NCBI RefSeq assembly: GCF_947258935.1 | Contig: NZ_CAMYKH010000004.1 | Coordinates: 6,101-70,100 of the forward strand | Source of the DNA: an uncultured Muriicola sp. | GTDB taxonomy: Bacteria; Bacteroidota; Bacteroidia; Flavobacteriales; Flavobacteriaceae | Length of the DNA stretch: 64,000 nucleotides | Reading direction: 5' to 3' | Shown: positions 30,983-38,643 of the stretch, in pieces | Numbering within the stretch: position 1 is the first letter of the stretch | Layout: every line of letters begins with the position of its first letter | The notes under the pieces: generated by a model | Database searches by the model: none | Told to the model about the DNA's origin: nothing | What the model saw: only the letters and a program-made list of their open reading frames with translations | Made by a program: the position numbers and the translations under genes

Positions 30983-32374
30983 TTAAGCAGTTTCCTTGCT
31001 CATAAGAGAGTTTTTCACTTCATTTCGGAGATAATATCCTGTTACAATGGTAGACATGGTGTCCGCAATTGGAAATGACAACCACACTCCCAATTCCCCT
31101 AAATAATTAGGGAGAATAAGGATCAAGGGAATAAAGAAGAAGCCCTGACGCGTTAGAGTAAGTAAGAGCGCCGGAATGGCTTTCCCTACCGCTTGAAAGT
31201 AGGCCGCTCCAATAAGTTGGATGGCTATGACAGGTGTTGCTGCAAACACCCAACGCATGGCTGAAGGTGTATTTTCCAACACAAAAATATTACTCGCAAT
31301 TTCTGCGGCAGACATGTCTGCCCTGTTACTAAGGAACCAACCGGTGATCTCCGCAGGGAAGATCATAAGGCCTATAAAAACCACGGTGGCCACAATGGCT
31401 GCATAGGCAATGGCAGTGTTAATGCTTTCCCTAACCCTCGCATATTTACGTGCACCATAGTTGTAACCGGCAATAGGCAAAAAGCCCTGCGTAACCCCAA
31501 ATACCGGGAAAAGTGCAAACATCAGCGTTCTTCCAATAATGGCATAGACAGCCACCATAGATTCGCCTCCGAGATCGAACAAAATATTATTCATCAGGAG
31601 GTAGGTAACACTGGTCACTGCCTGTCTGGAAAGGGTCACAAAACCAAGTGAACCGATCTCTTTTAGTATGGGCAGATTGAGTCCAAAATCTGAAAGCTTA
31701 ATCTTTAATTCAGAATTCTTAGAGAGAAAAAAGTAAAAGATATACCCAAAACACAGGAGGTACCCTCCTGTAGTGGCCCAGGCGGCACCTTCCATACCCC
31801 AGTCGAATACATAGATAAAAAGATAATCCAATACCAGGTTGCCCACTGAAGGTATGATCATGGCGATCATCGCAAATTTAGGCTTCCCTTCCGCACGGAT
31901 CACGGTGTTTCCCATCATGCACAAGGCCAGGAAAGGAACCCCGTATAGCACAATAGTATAATAGGTCTTAGCGGGTTCAAAGATGCCTCCCTTGCCTCCA
32001 AAGGCAGGGATAAGGCCATCGGCATAATACAACCCCAGGGCAACCATAGAAATGGTCACTAACAGGGTTAAGGTGATCTGATTACCGAAAGTCTTTAGCG
32101 CTTTCTCCGGATGATCTGCACCCAAAGCTCTTGATATAATACTACTCCCTCCTATCCCAATAGCCATTCCAAGAGCCGCAATAAAAAAAGAGACAGGTAA
32201 GACCACATTTATGGCGGCAATAGCGATGGATCCTATCCAGTTACCTACAAAAATAGTGTCTACTAGAATGTTGAGCGACATCACTAAAATGCCGATAGAT
32301 GCTGGTACTGCTTGCCTTACCAGGAGTCTCCCAATAGATTCTGTGCCTAGCTGATCTGAGGAGACTTTAGCCAT
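30983..32374 (-). CDS. MATE family efflux transporter
   Basis: About 463 aa with 12 predicted TM helices and typical MATE composition. I prefer the ATG at 32374, which shares one nucleotide with the hemH stop (TAATG on the coding strand), over the track start at 32404. Confidence 0.88.
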   Translation of the reverse strand: MAKVSSDQLGTESIGRLLVRQAVPASIGILVMSLNILVDTIFVGNWIGSIAIAAINVVLPVSFFIAALGMAIGIGGSSIISRALGADHPEKALKTFGNQITLTLLVTISMVALGLYYADGLIPAFGGKGGIFEPAKTYYTIVLYGVPFLALCMMGNTVIRAEGKPKFAMIAMIIPSVGNLVLDYLFIYVFDWGMEGAAWATTGGYLLCFGYIFYFFLSKNSELKIKLSDFGLNLPILKEIGSLGFVTLSRQAVTSVTYLLMNNILFDLGGESMVAVYAIIGRTLMFALFPVFGVTQGFLPIAGYNYGARKYARVRESINTAIAYAAIVATVVFIGLMIFPAEITGWFLSNRADMSAAEIASNIFVLENTPSAMRWVFAATPVIAIQLIGAAYFQAVGKAIPALLLTLTRQGFFFIPLILILPNYLGELGVWLSFPIADTMSTIVTGYYLRNEVKNSLMSKETA

Positions 32375-33405
32375 TAGACGGGAAGCAACTGTTTGGTTTC
32401 CCAATCACGGATCCATGAAGCCATTAAGGACACCCATGCATCATTATCATTCAGACAGGAAATATGTATGTAGTCCTCACCACCTGCTTCTTCAAATTGT
32501 TCCTTCCCTTCCATCGCAATTTCTTCGAGCGTTTCCAGACAATCACTTACAAAGGCCGGGGTGATCACTGCTAGTTTCTTTTTGCCTTCCTTAGCCAGAC
32601 GTTCAAATTCATAGTCGGTATAAGGCTTTAACCATGGATCTCCTGCCAATCTCGATTGGAAAGAGGTGCTCACTTTATCCTCAGGGAGTTGCAGGGCCGC
32701 CTTTACCAGTTCGGTAGTATCATAACACTGATGTCTGTAACAGGTATTGTGGGCCACTGAATTGATATTACAACAACTGCCATCTATTTTACAATGAAAA
32801 CGCGTTGGGTCCGATTTACGGATATGACGTTCCGGAATGCCGTGGTAGGAAAAAAGTATATGATCGTACTCAAAGTCTTTTAGTCCTTGAGCAATGCTGC
32901 CTGCTAGTACTTTGATGTACTCAGGATTTTTATAAAAAGCAGGCAGGGTAGTAACTTGCATCTCAGGGAAGTATTTTTGTTGCTCTTCCAGCACTTTTAC
33001 CACCACAGTTTCATAGGAAGACATGGCATAATGCGGATATAAGGGTACCAAAAGCACCTCATCTACCCCTTGATCTTTTAATTCCTGCAGTGCGTTCTTA
33101 ATACTCATGCTGCCGTAGCGCATCCCAAGGGCAACGGGTATGTCTGCTTTTAAACGTACTTTTTTGGCAAATCTTTCTGAGATCACAATAAGGGGAGACC
33201 CTTCTTCCCACCATATCTTTTGATAGGCCTTGGCCGATTTTTTGGGGCGGGTTTGCAAGATGATACCTCTTACCAAGATGTTACGTAAGATCCTAGGTAC
33301 ATCTATAACCCGTTCGTCCATTAAAAATTCATCCAGATACGGCTTTACATCCTTGGCTGTGGGACTGTCTGGCGATCCCAGATTTACTAATAAAACTCCT
33401 TTCAA
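32374..33405 (-). CDS. hemH: Ferrochelatase
   Basis: 343 aa with VLLVNLGSPDSPT, LVPLYPHYA and FSYHGIPERH (catalytic His) motifs. Confidence 0.95.
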   Translation of the reverse strand: MKGVLLVNLGSPDSPTAKDVKPYLDEFLMDERVIDVPRILRNILVRGIILQTRPKKSAKAYQKIWWEEGSPLIVISERFAKKVRLKADIPVALGMRYGSMSIKNALQELKDQGVDEVLLVPLYPHYAMSSYETVVVKVLEEQQKYFPEMQVTTLPAFYKNPEYIKVLAGSIAQGLKDFEYDHILFSYHGIPERHIRKSDPTRFHCKIDGSCCNINSVAHNTCYRHQCYDTTELVKAALQLPEDKVSTSFQSRLAGDPWLKPYTDYEFERLAKEGKKKLAVITPAFVSDCLETLEEIAMEGKEQFEEAGGEDYIHISCLNDNDAWVSLMASWIRDWETKQLLPV

Positions 33406-33571
33406 AACGCTTTTTTTTAGGCTTCAAAAATACCATTTGTTGTACAACATTTTGACACATTGGGGCAATACTTTTATTATGCCTTTATAGAGAATCCTAA
33501 TTTCGCATGGTATTCACATCTTTGTTACGTATTTTAACACCTTACCAGCAATCAAAATTTCATTAAACCAA

Positions 33572-34654
33572 ATGATCCAAGACTTATTAAAAAATCCGGT
33601 TTACAAATCAATGTTAGTTGTTTTGGGAAGCCTTTTGTTGATACTTATAGCCTATTGGGTAACGGTCAAAATTATAAACCATTTCGGGAAAAATCCTAAA
33701 TATTTGATCCCGTCTGGAAGTGTAAAAAAAATATCTCTTCCTCTTTTTTTCCTCTTTTTCTCATTTTTAATACGGATGCGCTCGCTTAATGAAATGCTTG
33801 GCATGGAAAGCTATGCCTATTGGTTTAAAAAGACCAGTACCCTGCTTTTTATTTTTTCCTTTACCTGGTTACTTATCAAGATCATTAAGTTGATCAAGCA
33901 ACTGGTCATTAGCAATTATGATGTACATACTACCGATAATCTCAAAGCCCGTAAGATATATACTCAATTTACCATCCTGGAACGCGTCTTTATCTTTATC
34001 CTGATCATCTTCGGCCTGGGGATCGCTTTAATGAGTTTTGATAGTATTAAAGAGATCGGAATCAGCATTTTCGCCTCTGCCGGGGTAGCGGGTATCATTA
34101 TTGGGTTTTCGGCCCAAAAAATGATCGGCGCAATTCTAGCGGGCGTCCAAATTGCAATTGCGCAACCTATTAAAATTGATGACGTGGTGGTCATAGAGGG
34201 TGAATGGGGCCGGATAGAACAGATCACCCTCACCTATGTGGTTATCGCTATCTGGGACAAAAGACGACTGGTGGTGCCTACCACCTATTTTATTGAGAAA
34301 CCTATACAGAACTGGACCAAAAGTTCCTCAGACATCATAGGTACGGTATATCTGTTCACGGATTACAAAGTTCCCATTGATGCACTGCGAAAAAAATTAA
34401 CCCGTATCCTCAAGGGTACAGATTTATGGGATGGCCAGTCTGATGCATTACAGGTTACCAATGCCACGGAAACCACTCTGGAGATTCGTGCCCTAATGAG
34501 TGCTAAAGATGCCTCTTCTGCCTGGGAACTTAGGGTCCATGTGCGGGAGAAAATGATAACGTTCTTACAGAAAAACTATCCGGAAAGTCTGCCGCATACA
34601 CGGGTGTTAATAAAAAATGAAGGAGAAACGGTCCCTCCTTCAAAAAAAAAGTGA
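33572..34654 (+). CDS. Mechanosensitive ion channel (MscS) family protein
   Basis: 360 aa with N-terminal TM helices. The conserved MscS core reads GAILAGVQIAIAQPIKIDDVVVIEGEWGRIEQITLTYVVI. Confidence 0.9.
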   Translation: MIQDLLKNPVYKSMLVVLGSLLLILIAYWVTVKIINHFGKNPKYLIPSGSVKKISLPLFFLFFSFLIRMRSLNEMLGMESYAYWFKKTSTLLFIFSFTWLLIKIIKLIKQLVISNYDVHTTDNLKARKIYTQFTILERVFIFILIIFGLGIALMSFDSIKEIGISIFASAGVAGIIIGFSAQKMIGAILAGVQIAIAQPIKIDDVVVIEGEWGRIEQITLTYVVIAIWDKRRLVVPTTYFIEKPIQNWTKSSSDIIGTVYLFTDYKVPIDALRKKLTRILKGTDLWDGQSDALQVTNATETTLEIRALMSAKDASSAWELRVHVREKMITFLQKNYPESLPHTRVLIKNEGETVPPSKKK

Positions 34655-34675
34655 AGGCCTAACGAATAGAGGAGT

Positions 34676-35209
34676 GTGAAAAAAATTCGTGTGACTATAT
34701 CTAAGGAGACCAAGTTAGAATATGCCTTGCTGCATTCGCATAAAGACGAGATGATCTCATTTATAAAGGGGTATCCGGAATATTTTGATGAGGCTATTGA
34801 ATTAGCTATCCAAGATAAACAGCCATATTCCTGGAGGGCAGCATGGGTATTATGGAGTTGCATTTCTAAAAATGACCCCCGTATACAAAAATATATTCCC
34901 TTTATTATTGAAAGTATTGATGGCAAGACAGATGGGCATCAACGAGAATTGATAAAGATCTTACTTGAAATGGACCTTACCGACGAACAGGAAGGTTATT
35001 TATTCGATCTCTGCGTATCACTATGGGAACATCTGGAGAAGAAACCATCCGTAAGGTTTACGGCATTTAAGTTTATCCATAAGACTGCCTGTAAACATCC
35101 TGATCTGGCAAATGAAATACGATTGCTTGCACAGGAGAAATACATGCGCACATTGTCTCCCGGGGTACATAGATCTATTGAAAAGATGTTAAAGAATGTT
35201 CCTTCATAA
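34676..35209 (+). CDS. Hypothetical all-helical (HEAT/AlkD-like?) protein
   Basis: 177 aa with a GTG start. It is helix-rich with W/R-containing repeats (SWRAAWVLWSC). I cannot assign a family with confidence. Confidence 0.5.
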   Translation: MKKIRVTISKETKLEYALLHSHKDEMISFIKGYPEYFDEAIELAIQDKQPYSWRAAWVLWSCISKNDPRIQKYIPFIIESIDGKTDGHQRELIKILLEMDLTDEQEGYLFDLCVSLWEHLEKKPSVRFTAFKFIHKTACKHPDLANEIRLLAQEKYMRTLSPGVHRSIEKMLKNVPS

Positions 35210-35501
35210 CTACCCCAAATTCACAACGAAATTCCTATTTTCCTCATCTGATCTTTTTTATTTTCATTCAAAACGCGCAAATATTTCTTATGAATCTTAC
35301 AATTAATCTCTAAAGTACTGGGGCATGCAAAATTCTCAATCGGTATGGGAAGGGTCAACTCGCAATTCAAAACATCCGGATATGTTGTAATTTAAAACGT
35401 TTTTTCCTTAGAAAGGAAAAGTTGATTTGTTGCTTTCAGGGATGAAGTAGCAACTTTTATTAACTTTAACCTGGTGTTTTCAGAAACCTTTAAGATAGAG
35501 T

Positions 35502-36173
35502 ATGAAATTAAGTCTAAAGTTCTTACCTATTAAAGATATGTTTTACTCGGTTGTTCCAACGGTCGGAACCTACGGAGGTTATCTGCAAGGCATGGCACCA
35601 AAGTTGTTTCCAAATCAATGGATCGCTATTGGGATTGGACTTATATTATCAATAATTTTGGCCGTAATTTTTTATTTCGAAAATGTAAAGGCTTATAAAA
35701 AATCCCTGGCAGAAATTCTTGCTACTGGCTATTTTATGAATTTTACAGGAAGATTGGGGAAATTACTCAAGACCAAAACACCAATCCATTTTTCTTTCCC
35801 GGATGGGAGTATCAAAACATTTACCGCTAATCATATTTCAGTTGAAATTGGAATGCCAATAAGTTTGGCTTCACTAATAAAATATAGTGAAAAGATTGAG
35901 ATGAATTCTGATATTGTATACGTACGGGAAGAAACTTATAGCGAACCATTTTGGGTTCGTGCCAATGTTCAAGATGCAAAATTGATAGTATATGAGTTTC
36001 CCAGAACACTGTTTTCTATTTCAAGATATATGCGGAAAGACTTCACGAATAGCCAGAAGGCAGAGAAGAACTCTAAGAAAATATATTCCTTTTTTTCGGA
36101 AAAAATTGATCAGTTAAGAATCGAATATTCAAGTGAAATTTCGAATGAAAGATTAAATTTTATATCTGTCTAA
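35502..36173 (+). CDS. Transmembrane STING-domain protein (bacterial TM-STING-like cyclic-dinucleotide receptor/effector candidate)
   Basis: 223 aa with a TM helix QWIAIGIGLILSIILAVIFYF. The C-terminal ~160 aa align by eye to the human STING CDN-binding domain. The matches are LATGYFMNFTGRL~LAWSYYIGYLRLI, LIVYEFPRTLFSISRY~VLEYATPLQTLFAMSQY, SKKIYSFFSEKIDQL~EQAKLFCRTLEDIL and SNERLNFISV~NNCRLIAYQE. Confidence 0.7.
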   Translation: MKLSLKFLPIKDMFYSVVPTVGTYGGYLQGMAPKLFPNQWIAIGIGLILSIILAVIFYFENVKAYKKSLAEILATGYFMNFTGRLGKLLKTKTPIHFSFPDGSIKTFTANHISVEIGMPISLASLIKYSEKIEMNSDIVYVREETYSEPFWVRANVQDAKLIVYEFPRTLFSISRYMRKDFTNSQKAEKNSKKIYSFFSEKIDQLRIEYSSEISNERLNFISV

Positions 36174-36183
36174 AATATAATTG

Positions 36184-37041
36184 ATGCTAAATTCATTTCT
36201 TGTGAGATCTATACCATTATGCTTTTTCATCTTTTTGGCCTCTGTTACAACATGGGCACAAGCCATTACATGCTCACCGGAAAATAAAGAGGCAGTAATC
36301 CAAAAAATTCTGGAAGTAAAAGGTATAGATAATGAGCTTTTTGGGGAGGAGTTGGTGGCCATTGGTAAAACCTTTATAGGTGTCCCCTATGTAGCCAAAA
36401 CCCTGGAAGTGGGGGAAGAGGAATCTCTGGTGATTACCCTAGAGGGATTAGATTGTACCACCTATGTTGAAAATGTGCTGGCCTTTGGCCTGGTAAATGA
36501 AAAAACAGAACCCAACTTTGATTCCTTTGTAAAAACACTTGAAAAAATACGATACAGGGATGGGCAACTAAATGGATATGGTTCCAGACTACATTATTTT
36601 ACAGAATGGATCTCAGATAATGAAAAAAAGGGGTTGGTACAAAATATCACAGCTTCTTTGGGGGGAGCAGAAATAGACAAAAAGCTCAATTTCATGAGTG
36701 TGCACCGAGACCTTTATCCCCATTTAAAGGATGATAAGTCTTTTCAACACATACAGGAAACTGAAAAGAAATTACAACAGCAGTCGCTGTGTATCTTATC
36801 TCAGGAAATGCTGGCCATGAATGAAGATCAGATCCACTCCGGAGATATCATTGCCCTTGCTACTTCCATTGAAGGATTGGATGTTACCCATACCGGATTT
36901 GCGATCAGAGCTGATGACGGACGTATTCATCTCCTGCATGCCTCTTCCTCTGGAGCCGTTGAGATCTCGGCACTTCCACTGGTTGATTACCTAAAAAAAA
37001 TAAAGAAGAATACTGGGGTCATCGTTGCCAGGCCCTTGTAG
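36184..37041 (+). CDS. DUF1460 (N-acetylmuramoyl-L-alanine amidase-like, NlpC/P60-like fold) secreted protein
   Basis: The signal peptide is MLNSFLVRSIPLCFFIFLASVTTWAQA. GLDCTTYVENVLA contains a candidate catalytic Cys and a later VTHTGF contains a His. The ATG lies 10 nt after the STING-like stop. Confidence 0.75.
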   Translation: MLNSFLVRSIPLCFFIFLASVTTWAQAITCSPENKEAVIQKILEVKGIDNELFGEELVAIGKTFIGVPYVAKTLEVGEEESLVITLEGLDCTTYVENVLAFGLVNEKTEPNFDSFVKTLEKIRYRDGQLNGYGSRLHYFTEWISDNEKKGLVQNITASLGGAEIDKKLNFMSVHRDLYPHLKDDKSFQHIQETEKKLQQQSLCILSQEMLAMNEDQIHSGDIIALATSIEGLDVTHTGFAIRADDGRIHLLHASSSGAVEISALPLVDYLKKIKKNTGVIVARPL

Positions 37042-37079
37042 GTTGTAGTACTTCAGAAATAGTTATTCTTCTTGCCAAA

Positions 37080-37457
37080 TTACACGATTCTCCAGGGTGG
37101 ATTCTTCCTATTCTTGCCGGCGAAGTAAAGTATCAATTGATTTTGGTCCGGATCTTTTAAACGGGCCTCTCTCCATATCCACCGTTTATCATTTGGCAAT
37201 TCGTCAAAACTTATTCCTTTTTCTATTAATCCGGCCACATAGATGTCCAGATTCCGGCATTCAAAATAGACCATGACTCCATTCCCATGAGGTAATTCAT
37301 CTACCTGATGTATGGAAAAAGTAGCATCTCCTTCGGGACATTCAAACCTGGCATAGGTTGGGATCGCTTTTATGATCAGCTTTAATCCTAATTTTTCATA
37401 GAACCCAATAGATTTGATCAGGTCCTTGGTAGGGACAGTCACTTGGTTTAGGTTCAT
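37080..37457 (-). CDS. VOC/glyoxalase family protein
   Basis: 125 aa. FYEKLGLKL and LKDPDQNQLILY are glyoxalase-fold hallmarks. Confidence 0.7.
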   Translation of the reverse strand: MNLNQVTVPTKDLIKSIGFYEKLGLKLIIKAIPTYARFECPEGDATFSIHQVDELPHGNGVMVYFECRNLDIYVAGLIEKGISFDELPNDKRWIWREARLKDPDQNQLILYFAGKNRKNPPWRIV

Positions 37458-37554
37458 ACCTGGTATGTTTATATTGATGGTTCTTTAAAGATCGTTATTT
37501 GGGATCAGAAATAAAAATGGGATAGCACCATGTAAGAACTCGCCAGTTATAGTA

Positions 37555-38442
37555 CTATTGCACCTGGGACATCAGGTATTTCTTAGGGGTGGTCCCGTAT
37601 TTCTTTTTAAAGGCTGCTATAAAATGACTGGAAGTACTATAGCCCACTTTAAGGCCCACTTCATTGACATTATACTGATTAGACTCCAGCATTTTCCTGG
37701 CGTATTCCATTTTATAATCGAATAGAAAACTATAGACAGAGTCGCCATAGATCTGCTTAAATCCTTCTTTTAATTTTCTTAAACTTAATCCTATTTCCTC
37801 TGCCAACTCCGGTAAGGTAGGTGGTTCAGTCATCCGCTGTAAAATAATATCCTTTGCTTTTCTAATGCGCTTCACATTTTCTTCGTCCACTAAAAAAGGA
37901 CACTGTTCCAATGCCGAATTATCTGTCTTGTTAAAATAGAGGGCTATAAGTTCATAGACCTTCCCCTTTACATACAGATCCATGATGGTAGGGTGTACGT
38001 TGTAGTTCATAAGCTGACTCAGCACTACTGCGATAGTTGGGGTAATAAGTTCCTGGGTGTAGTACTTCTTGTCCTCAAACTCTTTACTGAGAAAAGGAAT
38101 ATGTTCTGCCTGCTGCGAGAATAAAGAATGAAATTTTTGAATGCTCATCACCAGGGATAACATCCATGAATTGGGATGCACTTCTGCATTCAAGGGCAGA
38201 TCTACCTGAGTGTTGTACAGCAATAAGGATTGTTCCTCAGGTACGTCTAACGCATAGGTCCCCTGATTAAAAACAAACTTGGCCCTTCCCTTCATACAAA
38301 AATGAAATTGTAAAAAAGAGCGATCTATCTTACGGTTAAACTGCTGAATTTGAGTGGTTTCATTCTGAAATTTGAGTACCAAAAAACCGGGTTCTACAAA
38401 GATCTCTTGTAAGGAACCTTCAGCGTTATTTTTATCATTCAT
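37555..38442 (-). CDS. AraC family transcriptional regulator
   Basis: 295 aa. The C-terminal double HTH includes LPELAEEIGLSLRKLKEGFKQIYG and GYSTSSHFIAAFKKKYGTTPKKY. It is divergent from hemA. Confidence 0.9.
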   Translation of the reverse strand: MNDKNNAEGSLQEIFVEPGFLVLKFQNETTQIQQFNRKIDRSFLQFHFCMKGRAKFVFNQGTYALDVPEEQSLLLYNTQVDLPLNAEVHPNSWMLSLVMSIQKFHSLFSQQAEHIPFLSKEFEDKKYYTQELITPTIAVVLSQLMNYNVHPTIMDLYVKGKVYELIALYFNKTDNSALEQCPFLVDEENVKRIRKAKDIILQRMTEPPTLPELAEEIGLSLRKLKEGFKQIYGDSVYSFLFDYKMEYARKMLESNQYNVNEVGLKVGYSTSSHFIAAFKKKYGTTPKKYLMSQVQ

Positions 38443-38462
38443 AAGTCGATTTTTACGTCTAT

Positions 38463-38485
38463 TTATTTAGAATAATTCTAAATAA
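38463..38485. promoter_or_regulatory. Perfect 11-1-11 palindrome in the araC/hemA divergent intergenic region; candidate operator
   Basis: ttatttagaat-a-attctaaataa was verified base by base. It lies 21 nt upstream of the AraC-family start and about 160 nt upstream of hemA. Confidence 0.3.
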
Positions 38486-38617
38486 TATATATTTTGAATG
38501 TAGGTATCTTCAGCAAAAATAATGGATTTCACAGCTTTTATGCTAAAACCGTCATCAAAAAAACTTATAACGATACTTAAAGTACCGCTAGCGTTATTTT
38601 TGTGCTATCGTAGCCAT

Positions 38618-38625
38618 TATTTTTG
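38618..38625 (+). promoter_or_regulatory. Candidate -7 promoter element (TAnnTTTG) for the hem operon; a second copy lies at 38595..38602
   Basis: TATTTTTG occurs twice, 42 and 19 nt upstream of the hemA ATG. Confidence 0.3.
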
Positions 38626-38643
38626 CCCTTCAGAAACCATTAA

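Noticed and set aside
34576-34926. 116-aa minus-strand ORF overlapping the mscS end and the 177-aa gene
   Set aside because: It lies antisense to two plus-strand ORFs and has no motif. It is likely a shadow ORF.
35210-35501. Possible cyclic-dinucleotide (GEMM-type) riboswitch or degraded CD-NTase gene in the gap upstream of the STING-like ORF
   Set aside because: I see none of the conserved GEMM-I/II sequence features that I remember. No frame of the gap has an extended reading frame or GS...DxD nucleotidyltransferase remnants. Only generic hairpins are present. A covariance-model scan would settle this.
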